Assembly (NCBI GenBank): GCA_964609455.1
Contig: CAZSRD010000003.1
Location: 8,200-72,199 of the forward strand
Direction: 5' to 3'
Origin: an uncultured Methanosarcinales archaeon
Lineage (GTDB): Archaea; Nanobdellota; Nanobdellia; Woesearchaeales; JACPBV01
Length of the DNA: 64,000 nucleotides
Below are positions 8,995-17,209 of the stretch, piece by piece. The translations under genes were made by a program, and so were the position numbers. How positions within the stretch are numbered: the stretch's first letter is position 1; each line of letters begins with the position of its first letter. The notes below the pieces were generated by a model. It did no database searches, was not told the DNA's origin, and saw only the letters and a list, made by a program, of their open reading frames with translations.

Positions 8995-9918
8995 TTATTT
9001 AAACCCATTAGTTAGGTTAGTATCAAACCAAACCATAACAATGGTATCTTTATAATCTATTAATTTAACTCTCATTTCTTTTGGATTGTTCATCCCAGCG
9101 ACACCCAAATCAACAACTACTTTTCTATTTATAACCTCTTGATTCTCTATAAATTCGCTTAAATCAACTTCCTTATAAATTCTGAATTTTTCTTCTACTT
9201 TATCAACAAACTCCACGCTTAAATCGGGGCTTTTGTAAGCACTTCCCTGAAGGTTATAAACTGAGAAAGTAATATCTTTTAATTTTCCATATATGTCTGA
9301 TTTTTTCTCAAAAGTATACCCTTCAATTCTTAGAGTAACTCCATCTTGAGTGTTTTCATAATATTTCTCTGGAATTTTAGTTGTTGGAACATTATTAACA
9401 CCCGTATTTTCTTTATCATTTTGACTCTCAGGTATAACTGGAGCAGTAATATCACTTTTACTTCCTGTGACCTCAGAATCACTAATCTGGAGCTTATATG
9501 TTTCAAATCCTAAACAAGCATCATCATAAAAAATAATTTCAAATGGGCTTGTTTGTTTTGGTTTCAACGGGTGAATTGATGTGTAAGTTGTTTTTGTACA
9601 AACTATCTTTCCAGCTTTATCATACATGGTTGCTATTACTTTTGGATAAGCTATATCCTCGCTACCTTGATTTTTTACTTCACCAACTACATGATAATTA
9701 AGATACCTTGGGTCTGGGTTATTATTAGAACTTATAGAATGAGATAATATACTAATGTCTTCTTTTGCTTTCGATTTGCTTTCCTGAGTAAGACTTGGTT
9801 CAACATTACTTTTGGTTGTAATACCAGAATCTTGGGTCTTTGAAACACTAGCACACCCAATTACAAATGTACTTAAGAATAGAATCAACACCAATAAAAC
9901 GATTAACACTTTTTTCAT
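8995..9918 (-). CDS. secreted lipoprotein-like protein
   Basis: Signal peptide with lipobox-like VIGC (MKKVLIVLLVLILFLSTFVIGCAS), Ser/Thr-rich linker, 307 aa. Confidence 0.5.
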   Translation of the reverse strand: MKKVLIVLLVLILFLSTFVIGCASVSKTQDSGITTKSNVEPSLTQESKSKAKEDISILSHSISSNNNPDPRYLNYHVVGEVKNQGSEDIAYPKVIATMYDKAGKIVCTKTTYTSIHPLKPKQTSPFEIIFYDDACLGFETYKLQISDSEVTGSKSDITAPVIPESQNDKENTGVNNVPTTKIPEKYYENTQDGVTLRIEGYTFEKKSDIYGKLKDITFSVYNLQGSAYKSPDLSVEFVDKVEEKFRIYKEVDLSEFIENQEVINRKVVVDLGVAGMNNPKEMRVKLIDYKDTIVMVWFDTNLTNGFK

Positions 9919-10208
9919 TCAAACCACCCCTATTTATTCCTTTTTTTATCACGCTTATATAAGATAAAACCAATTAATAAAAAACCAACAAGAACAATCA
10001 ATGATAAACCACTTACTGTTGCCACCCCTTCTAAAAATATCCAAAGAAGAATTAATAGTAAAATAAGAAGTATTGGTAAAACAATAAAGATTCCGAATCC
10101 AATTTTAACACCATCCGCTACCGTTGCTATTCAAACCACCCCTAATCCATAATATATGCATAATTATACAGATGTTCTATATAAACTTTATGTGTATTAT
10201 TGTGCAGA

Positions 10209-10422
10209 TATGGCAAGAAAGCCCCTTACAAAAGTAGTGGAACAAATCAGAGAAATTCTACAAAAAGAAGGAGAGCTTTCAATTAGACAGATTTCTATTA
10301 AGGTTAAGTCTGAGTGGAGAACAGTTGCTAAGGCGTTAGAGTTGATGAAGTCTTTGGGAACTGTGAAAGAGAGAAAGGGGACAGAGACGAAAAGAGAAGA
10401 AAGGCTGTTTAGGTTGAAGTAA
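10209..10422 (+). CDS. small winged-helix transcriptional regulator (the listed ORF extends to 10156; start at MARKPLTK is likelier)
   Basis: wHTH-like ELSIRQISIKVKSEWRTVAKALELMKSLGTV followed by a basic tail. Confidence 0.45.
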
Positions 10423-10459
10423 AGAAAGCTTTTTATACGTAACATTCTTATCTAGTTAT

Positions 10460-11644
10460 ATGTTAGAAACGTATAATCTCTTCATCGATACTAATTTTAT
10501 TAGAAAAGGGGAACAGACAGAATTAGAATTACCTCTTTCTACTACGTATATTAAAAGTTTACTTGATTTTAGAGATAAGAATAAGATAGGAGATAGAGTA
10601 AAGATTATTATCCCAGAGATGGTTATCAAAGAGATGGTTTCATGGCGAGTAGATGCAATAAATCAACAAATTGAAAGTTTAAATAATACCCATAATAAGT
10701 ACAAAAAGCACTTTAATATAGATGGAATAGATATTGAAAAGTTTAACAAATACGACTATCGCAAGGAATTTGAAGAGAAGTGTATGCAGTTTGTTAAAAA
10801 ACATAAAATAACTATTGCAAAAATCCCAGAAATAAATGTTAACAACCTTATTGAAAGAGCAATTACAAAAAAACCTCCATTTAGTGGAAAAGATAAAAAA
10901 GGAGATAAAGGGTTTAAGGATACTATAATTTGGTATTCTATAATTGCTTATTGTAAGGATAATAAAGAGGCAACCAGTTTTTTATGCACTGATGATACAG
11001 ACATTAAAAAAGAAGTACTAAATGAAGAATTAAAGAAATTGAATGGCAAAGGTTTAACTTTTTTATCAGAACCACAAGAAATAATTGAAAAGTTAACTGT
11101 TAAGTTGAAACTTGAAAAAGAGAGTTGGCAGAAAGAGATAGAAGCAATTAAGGATACTGTTAGACGTAAGCTAGGGATTATTATAGAGGAGTTATACAAA
11201 AAGAACTATCAAATTGGGGAATCTTCAATGTATTATGGGGTTGACAGTATCTCTTCAAGGCAAATAATTTCTTATGAAATAGAGAATATCCGATTTATTG
11301 AGGTGTGGCGTAATGTTGATAGAGGTAGTGACGAGGTTACACTAAGACTTGAACTAAGACCAAAAGATATAAACGATTTGAATATTCCCCCCACAAGGAA
11401 AAAACTAAGCAGTTTTGATTTTGGTTCATATGAAGAACCATTACCTATAACTCCGAGTGTATATGGGTCTACATTGTCAACCTACACCCAGGTTATGCGT
11501 CCATTTACTTTTGAGCCAGTTGGTTATAAGAATACAGTAGAAATTGAAGTTAAGTTAAAGGTTAATAGGCATTTGGAAGAAATTGAAATTGTTGAGATGA
11601 AACCTCAATCTCCATTATTTGACCCCTTTTACAGAATTTCTTGA
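10460..11644 (+). CDS. PIN-like domain protein with long C-terminal extension
   Basis: N-terminus LFIDTNF, then conserved acidic positions (IPEMVIKE, CTDDTD) in PIN-like spacing; 394 aa; no other motif. Confidence 0.35.
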   Translation: MLETYNLFIDTNFIRKGEQTELELPLSTTYIKSLLDFRDKNKIGDRVKIIIPEMVIKEMVSWRVDAINQQIESLNNTHNKYKKHFNIDGIDIEKFNKYDYRKEFEEKCMQFVKKHKITIAKIPEINVNNLIERAITKKPPFSGKDKKGDKGFKDTIIWYSIIAYCKDNKEATSFLCTDDTDIKKEVLNEELKKLNGKGLTFLSEPQEIIEKLTVKLKLEKESWQKEIEAIKDTVRRKLGIIIEELYKKNYQIGESSMYYGVDSISSRQIISYEIENIRFIEVWRNVDRGSDEVTLRLELRPKDINDLNIPPTRKKLSSFDFGSYEEPLPITPSVYGSTLSTYTQVMRPFTFEPVGYKNTVEIEVKLKVNRHLEEIEIVEMKPQSPLFDPFYRIS

Positions 11645-11779
11645 AATGACACTATTACAACCCAACCCATATGACCTTAATCCATAGCCTTAACTTATGG
11701 TTTTTTATCTTTCTTATGGCTAGGCTTACAACCGTAACAAAGATAAACACCAGTAGGAATTTAAGGTAGAGGTTCATCA

Positions 11780-12457
11780 TTATTTTCTAATAAATCCTAT
11801 AATTAATGAAATAAATGCAACTATCAAAGTAATGAGAGCCACTACATACATTTTATCATTATACCATTTAACTCTAGAATTGATAACCCCTATAAAATTA
11901 GGTAATAATGTACCTTTTCCAATTCTTTTAGATAAATAATACAAAGATAAAATGACTATAAGGAGAGATATAATAAAAATTGAATGTATTTTTACAATAA
12001 ATATAATTCCAAGTATCGCCCCAATCAGAACAGATAATAACCCCTCAAAAAAACCGTATATCGTAGGATATTGGTGGATAAATGAATAGCAGGGTTTTCT
12101 TTTTTCTAAGAATTGCCTAAGCTCTTCTTTTTTTCCTTCTACCCATACTTTATCCGAACCTACTACTCCAATTTTATTGGCATTCTTATTTAACGAAACA
12201 GTGATAGATTCTTTTGTATTCTTTCCCATCCAAAAATAGATATATAAGTCGAAAATTTTATCAGGTAAATCATATGTTGAAAAATTTTTAGAATTTAAGT
12301 CATCTATTGTATATTCATCTTCATGAATACTAGCACTAGGTTCATCAAAACTTTTTGTATATCTTTTTTCCTTTTCAACTAATTCCATTAAGTCTATAAT
12401 ATCTTTCTTTGTAAGTTTAACTGAACTAATTTTAATAGGTTTATCGTATCTTTTCAT
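11780..12457 (-). CDS. membrane protein (soluble N-domain, C-terminal TM helices)
   Basis: 225 aa ORF; C-terminal half is strongly hydrophobic. Confidence 0.4.
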   Translation of the reverse strand: MKRYDKPIKISSVKLTKKDIIDLMELVEKEKRYTKSFDEPSASIHEDEYTIDDLNSKNFSTYDLPDKIFDLYIYFWMGKNTKESITVSLNKNANKIGVVGSDKVWVEGKKEELRQFLEKRKPCYSFIHQYPTIYGFFEGLLSVLIGAILGIIFIVKIHSIFIISLLIVILSLYYLSKRIGKGTLLPNFIGVINSRVKWYNDKMYVVALITLIVAFISLIIGFIRK

Positions 12458-12520
12458 TCAAACGCCCCTGAGATATAACCAAAAAGAAGCAGAATATTTA
12501 AAGGTTTCTCATCTAAGACC

Positions 12521-12823
12521 TTATCTAATCCTCCCTATAATAGTTTTTATTGCATCCCCTACAATACCTGCTATCCCAGAAGAAACAACTCCTGCAAAGT
12601 AGCCTACAAAAAGATTTATGAATTGCTCAACAATTAAATCTAGGCATTTGTCTCCCATGTTTAAAAAACAAGGAATAAGGGAAACAACAAACACTATAGT
12701 AGGCATATACCCCCCTATTTGACCAGCTTTTCTTAAATCTCTTTTTATATCCTTAGAGAAATAGTATCCGAATCCAAGACTACCTAAAATGTCTATGAAC
12801 AATATAATTGAGTTGATTTCCAT
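12521..12823 (-). CDS. small membrane protein
   Basis: 100 aa, hydrophobic and Gly-rich. Confidence 0.35.
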   Translation of the reverse strand: MEINSIILFIDILGSLGFGYYFSKDIKRDLRKAGQIGGYMPTIVFVVSLIPCFLNMGDKCLDLIVEQFINLFVGYFAGVVSSGIAGIVGDAIKTIIGRIR

Positions 12824-12838
12824 AATAATCTACATTCC

Positions 12839-13447
12839 TTATTTATTAGCTCTCAAAATAAAGCTTACTATTTTACAACCGAACCCCCCATATTTTTCAT
12901 AACAATAAGCCCAGTTTTGATAAACCCACCTATAACTATTGGTAACAAAACCGTCTTTTGCCGCAATTTCAACCAAAGACTTTCCCCCAAGACGGTTACA
13001 ATGTAATTGAGCAATATAATCTTTTTTTGGTAATGTTTTAAATTCTTCCTCAAAATTACAATAATAAAAAATCTCCTTCATATTAAATTTAATACCATGC
13101 CTCACACCATGTCCAAAAATATATGCCTCTTTAACTTTTTCATCACAAATAATCCTTTTGAAAGTATCTTTATCTACCCATTTATAGACCTTAAATGGCT
13201 TACCATTATTTTTCAAATACATAATCAACCAAGGTATCCCACTACTATAAATGGGAAATCTATCTATAAAAAAACGCCTTTTTTCAACTAAAATTATTGC
13301 TGTGCACCCCTCCTGCTTTAAAGATTCGGAATTGGATTTAATATACTTCCAACCCCATAAAAAGTTGATAGTGTCTAGAATCAAAAGTACAAAAAATATA
13401 AAAAGGAGATAAAGACCGATTACTAAAACAATACCTGCTATACTCAT
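12839..13447 (-). CDS. membrane-anchored hypothetical protein (the listed ORF extends to 13543 and would overlap the integrase 3' end; the internal Met MSIAGIV is the likelier start)
   Basis: N-terminal TM helix then a Cys/Trp-rich soluble domain. Confidence 0.4.
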   Translation of the reverse strand: MSIAGIVLVIGLYLLFIFFVLLILDTINFLWGWKYIKSNSESLKQEGCTAIILVEKRRFFIDRFPIYSSGIPWLIMYLKNNGKPFKVYKWVDKDTFKRIICDEKVKEAYIFGHGVRHGIKFNMKEIFYYCNFEEEFKTLPKKDYIAQLHCNRLGGKSLVEIAAKDGFVTNSYRWVYQNWAYCYEKYGGFGCKIVSFILRANK

Positions 13448-13511
13448 AAAAAAGATTATCCTACACGAATATTTATAATTATCTAATCTATAAAAACCCA
13501 GTTCTTGATAA

Positions 13512-14417
13512 CTACTTAAACAATTTATCCAACTCTGGCACAACTTTACTATACCAAAAGTCTGCCTGTTGGCTGCGAGCTAAATAATGATTAGCTGAAA
13601 CAGACCTATTCGACCTTCCCTGTATGAAGTCTGCAACAGATTCTGGCACATTATTGTATAATAAGAAGTTATAATGCCATTTTCTAAGGTATTTTAGTGA
13701 AAAACTACACTGTTTTTCTTTAAATCTCTGCCTTAGTGCGTTGTATGTATTAGTAACCTGCTTTAGTTTAGTGTAGACAAACAGTGGCAGATAGATATTG
13801 TTGATGTTTTTAGTGTGGCGTAAGTTGGACACTCTGTACGCCACAAAGTTAGTGCAAACAGTAAACTTATCTATATTATAGTTTTTGAGAAAATCCAGAC
13901 ACTCTATGTACCTTATCCCAGAAGTCATGAGAACTAAAAAGACTATTTCCAGTACACTATTGCCTTTAATCTTATTATAAGCGATTATTACTTCGCTATC
14001 TGTAGGAACGTATACATCTGGATTACTATACGGCACCTTTAGAAACTGCCTATACTTATTGACAACTTCAAAAGGTAATTTATCAAACTTCTCACAGTAA
14101 TTAAGATACAATCTGGCTGTTTTTACTAGGCTGGATATGCCTTTTTTCTTATCTTCTATATACTTTTGAAGCTCTAAAGGGTTTTCAAAACGCCTGTTTT
14201 GAAGATGTTTTTTGAAATACCAGTTCATATGGTCTATATGCCCTTTTGAGAAATTCTTTAAAATGATATAATCAAAAAACTCTTTGTCAGGTGTAAAGCA
14301 AACTGCAAAAGTATGCGTATGATTTAACTTAGAAATCTCACTATTTTTCGCTTTGTCGTCTAAAGCCTTAGAAGAATGTAACGCGCCCAGGAAGATTCGA
14401 ACTCCCGACCTTCTCAT
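13512..14417 (-). CDS. int: SSV-type tyrosine integrase, catalytic Int(C) part; its first 12 codons are encoded by tRNA/att sequence
   Basis: Abuts the tRNA-Arg target; translation begins MR then reads the att repeat as RSGVRIFLGA; C-terminal region has recombinase-like motifs (VSNLRHT, GRSNRSVSANHYLARS, terminal Tyr); joins in frame with the Int(N) fragment at 3782-3916. Confidence 0.7.
   Translation of the reverse strand: MRRSGVRIFLGALHSSKALDDKAKNSEISKLNHTHTFAVCFTPDKEFFDYIILKNFSKGHIDHMNWYFKKHLQNRRFENPLELQKYIEDKKKGISSLVKTARLYLNYCEKFDKLPFEVVNKYRQFLKVPYSNPDVYVPTDSEVIIAYNKIKGNSVLEIVFLVLMTSGIRYIECLDFLKNYNIDKFTVCTNFVAYRVSNLRHTKNINNIYLPLFVYTKLKQVTNTYNALRQRFKEKQCSFSLKYLRKWHYNFLLYNNVPESVADFIQGRSNRSVSANHYLARSQQADFWYSKVVPELDKLFK
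14380..14411. repeat. att repeat, proximal copy (inside tRNA-Arg)
   Basis: Identical to 3750-3781; covers the tRNA from the variable loop to the discriminator base plus 2 nt. Confidence 0.85.
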
Positions 14418-14456
14418 TAGGAGTGAGACGCTCTATCCAAGCTGAGCTACAGGCGC
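14382..14456 (-). tRNA. tRNA-Arg (anticodon CCU), 75 nt, no encoded CCA
   Basis: Reverse complement folds as a cloverleaf: acceptor GCGCCTG/TGGGCGC, D stem GCTC/GAGC, anticodon stem TCTCA/TGAGA with loop CTCCTAA, T arm GGGAG-TTCGAAT-CTTCC. Confidence 0.9.
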
Positions 14457-14490
14457 ATACAATAAGGTAAATGAGAAATTGTATTTAAGT

Positions 14491-15117
14491 TTATTGAATT
14501 GCTGCCATGGTATCTTTAACTATATCCGGAATTGCTTGCTCTGCCTCTATATCTGTCAGTATCTCTTTTGCTTTGTAAAAATCTATTAATGGCTCTGTTT
14601 GTTGTTTGTATGTTTCTAAACGTTTTTTAACTGTCTCTTCTTTATCATCACCTCTTTGGTATAGTTCTCCACCGCACTTGTCACATATTCCTTCTACTTT
14701 TGGCGGGATGTTTTTGATGTGGTAAATAGCATTGCACTTCTTGCATGTCCTCCTTCCAGAAATTCTGCCAATGACCGTATCATCTTTTGCTTTGAAGTTA
14801 AGGACTTTGTCAATTTGAACTTCCCCTTCTAATGCTTCTGCTTGAGGAATTGTTCTTGGAAAACCGTCTAGGATAAAGCCATTTTTGCAATCATCTGCTT
14901 TGATTCTTTCTTTGAGAAGATTGATTACCAGTTTGTCAGGAACTAATTTTCCAGAATCCATAAATTCTTTAGCCTTTTTTCCTAATTCAGAGTCTTCTTT
15001 TACAGCAGCTCTTAATAAGTCTCCTGTTGAAATCTGAGGGATTCCTTCTTCTTTAACAACTTCTTTTGCTATTGTTCCTTTTCCAACGCCTGGTGGGCCT
15101 AAAAATATTAGATTCAT
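14491..15117 (-). CDS. adk: adenylate kinase with zinc-binding lid
   Basis: P-loop GPPGVGKGT, lid CxxC...CxxC (CKKCNAIYH...CDKCGGEL). Confidence 0.9.
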   Translation of the reverse strand: MNLIFLGPPGVGKGTIAKEVVKEEGIPQISTGDLLRAAVKEDSELGKKAKEFMDSGKLVPDKLVINLLKERIKADDCKNGFILDGFPRTIPQAEALEGEVQIDKVLNFKAKDDTVIGRISGRRTCKKCNAIYHIKNIPPKVEGICDKCGGELYQRGDDKEETVKKRLETYKQQTEPLIDFYKAKEILTDIEAEQAIPDIVKDTMAAIQ

Positions 15118-15139
15118 TTTATCACCTTTGATTATAAAA

Positions 15140-15244
15140 AGCCTCCAGGGAGAGTTGCACTCCCGACCTTCTGATTGCTTGCATAAAAGCTACAAGTTTC
15201 GTCGTTTAATAACTCAGACGCAATAGCTACTATGCTACGGAGGC
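15140..15244 (-). tRNA. intron-containing tRNA (~32-nt intron in the anticodon loop; anticodon probably UAU(Ile) or UAC(Val); unusual T-loop TGCAACT and discriminator U)
   Basis: Reverse complement has acceptor stem GCCTCCG/TGGAGGC, perfect 5-bp anticodon stem TCTGA/TCAGA separated by 39 nt (7-nt loop plus intron), T stem GGGAG/CTCCC, variable loop AGGTC. Confidence 0.55.
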
Positions 15245-15279
15245 ATTAATTCTGTAGAACTTAGGACTATTTAAAAAAC

Positions 15280-15894
15280 TTACGCTTCCATCCCATACAA
15301 TTTTGGGGTGAATGGCTCTGGTGTTGGTACAAAAATTCTCAAATCCAGGTATTTTTTGATAACGCTTGTAAGCCTATAGATCTCTCTCCACAACATCTTC
15401 TCATGTTTTTCTATATCTTGGGAGATTATCCTTCCTTCATATAGGTCCTGCCAGTGTTTTAAGAGCCAATGTTCTTTCCATTCCTGCCTATAATCTGTTT
15501 GAACAGCCCCATTAAACATGATCTCTAGTTCGCCCCATTGAGCCTTAATCTTTTTTCCTTGGTGCATTATCTCCCTGTCTTGTATGTACACACCATGGAA
15601 ATCAATATTTAACCTATATCTTAGGTATCCTGAGTATCTCCCTTCTGGCCTTTTGAATAAACGCCAGTATATCCATAGCTCTTTCCCTCCAGAATGGAGG
15701 CCTTTTTGATGGAATTTTTCCAGGTAGAGGGTTTCTATTGTGCTGTGTAATTTGTCAGGACTTTGGCCCACAGGGCTTACTTCACCAAACCATTTTTCTT
15801 CAACAAGATACTCATGCATCATTATATAGAGATTTTTAAGATTAAATACATCCTTAAATTTCACTTTGGTTTCTGGAATTTTGTATTCTGGCAT
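15280..15894 (-). CDS. hypothetical Trp-rich protein
   Basis: 204 aa ORF with 11 Trp and somewhat higher GC than neighbours; no motif recognised. Confidence 0.4.
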   Translation of the reverse strand: MPEYKIPETKVKFKDVFNLKNLYIMMHEYLVEEKWFGEVSPVGQSPDKLHSTIETLYLEKFHQKGLHSGGKELWIYWRLFKRPEGRYSGYLRYRLNIDFHGVYIQDREIMHQGKKIKAQWGELEIMFNGAVQTDYRQEWKEHWLLKHWQDLYEGRIISQDIEKHEKMLWREIYRLTSVIKKYLDLRIFVPTPEPFTPKLYGMEA

Positions 15895-16008
15895 AATCTT
15901 GATTACTAGGAACTGTTTATATAAAGTTTTTGGTTTTTACCAAATCCCGTTTTGAAAAGCTTAGCTTTTCAAAAGGTTTTTATAATTGAATGTTATACTG
16001 TTCACAAA

Positions 16009-17208
16009 ATGTTAGTAGGGGTTGTTGGAAAGGCAAATGTTGGAAAATCTACATTCTTTAAAGCAGCTACGCTGGCTGAAGTTGAGATAGCAAACTATCC
16101 TTTTGCGACTATAAAACCAAACAGCGGGATAGGCTATGTAAAAGTTGATGATGCAGCAAGAAAGTTTGGGAAATCTAGCAATCCCAGAGAAGGATTTGTA
16201 TTAGGTGAGAAGCGTTTTGTTCCTATGCAGCTTATTGATGTAGCTGGCTTAGTTCCTGGTGCACATGAAGGTAAGGGTATGGGCAACCAGTTCCTGGATG
16301 ATTTAAGGCAGGCAGATGTGCTTATACATGTTGTGGATATAGCAGGATCGACCGATGATAAAGGAGAGCCTATAGAGCCAGGAACATATGACCCTGCGAA
16401 TGATATCAGGTTTCTTGAGGAAGAGCTTGATTACTGGATCTTAAGGCTTATTAAGAAAGGGTGGGATAAGTTTTCAAGGGCTGTTCAGCAGACTCATGAT
16501 AAGGTTCATAAGGCAATCGCAAGGCATATTGTTGGGTTGGGAGTAAATGAGGAGATGGTTGAGGATATTATTGCTACTTCTGATTTAGGTGAAAAAAAGA
16601 TTGTTGAGTGGACAGATGAGGATTTGTTTAAGATAGGCTCTATAATCAGAAAAAAGACAAAGCCTATGATAATTGCATGCAATAAGATTGATGTAAGGGG
16701 TGCTGAAGAGAATTTTAAAAGGATAAAAAATGAGTTTCCGGATCATTTGTTAATCCGGTGCAGCGCAGAATCTGAGCTTGCATTAAGGGAGGCTGCTAAA
16801 CATGGGATTATCTCTTATACTCCTGGGAGTAATAAGTTTGAGATAAAGGATGACTCCAAGCTATCAGAAAAGCAGAAAGAAGCATTGAATTTTATAAAAA
16901 CAGATATTCTTGATAGATTTGGAGGCACTGGTGTACAAGATGTTTTGGATAAGGCAGTGTTTGATTTATTGAAGTATATTGCAATCTTTCCAGGAGGGGT
17001 TAATAAGTTAGAGGATCAGAATGGCAATGTGCTTCCAGATTGTTTTTTAATGCCTAAGGATACTACTGCTCTTGATTTTGCTTATAGGCTGCATACTGAT
17101 TTTGGAGATAATTTTATACGCGCAATAGATGTAAAGACGAAAATGACTGTGGGCAAAGAACATAAGCTAAAAAATGGAGATATTGTTGAGATAGTAGCAA
17201 ATAAATGA
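16009..17208 (+). CDS. ychF: Obg-like GTPase/ATPase of the YchF/OLA1 family with C-terminal TGS domain (the listed ORF starts at 15952; MLVGVVGK at 16009 sits ~25 nt after a TATA-like TTTTATAA)
   Basis: G1 GKANVGKSTFF, ANYPFATIKPN, G3 DVAGLV, G4 NKID; C-terminal TGS-like segment ending GDIVEIVANK. Confidence 0.65.
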   Translation: MLVGVVGKANVGKSTFFKAATLAEVEIANYPFATIKPNSGIGYVKVDDAARKFGKSSNPREGFVLGEKRFVPMQLIDVAGLVPGAHEGKGMGNQFLDDLRQADVLIHVVDIAGSTDDKGEPIEPGTYDPANDIRFLEEELDYWILRLIKKGWDKFSRAVQQTHDKVHKAIARHIVGLGVNEEMVEDIIATSDLGEKKIVEWTDEDLFKIGSIIRKKTKPMIIACNKIDVRGAEENFKRIKNEFPDHLLIRCSAESELALREAAKHGIISYTPGSNKFEIKDDSKLSEKQKEALNFIKTDILDRFGGTGVQDVLDKAVFDLLKYIAIFPGGVNKLEDQNGNVLPDCFLMPKDTTALDFAYRLHTDFGDNFIRAIDVKTKMTVGKEHKLKNGDIVEIVANK

Positions 17209-17209
17209 T

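Larger units (their letters stand above)
3750..14411. mobile_element. integrated element (provirus or integrative plasmid), ~10.6 kb, inserted at the 3' end of tRNA-Arg(CCU), with SSV-type partitioned integrase
   Basis: Perfect 32-bp direct repeat aacgcgcccaggaagattcgaactcccgacct at 3750-3781 and 14380-14411. The second copy is the 3' part of an intact tRNA. A tyrosine-recombinase-like ORF abuts the tRNA. Cargo is a rep-like NTPase, regulators and membrane/secreted proteins. Confidence 0.8.

Noticed and set aside
9917-10145. Repeated TTCAAACCACCCCTA 15-mers as possible IS terminal repeats
   Set aside because: The copies are direct rather than inverted, lie exactly at translation-start contexts (SD plus ATG), and no transposase gene lies between them.
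15155-15170. Third occurrence of ACTCCCGACCTTCT as a possible extra att site
   Set aside because: Only ~14 nt are shared. It is the T-arm region of a different, intron-containing tRNA, and the similarity reflects conserved tRNA T-arm sequence rather than recombination.
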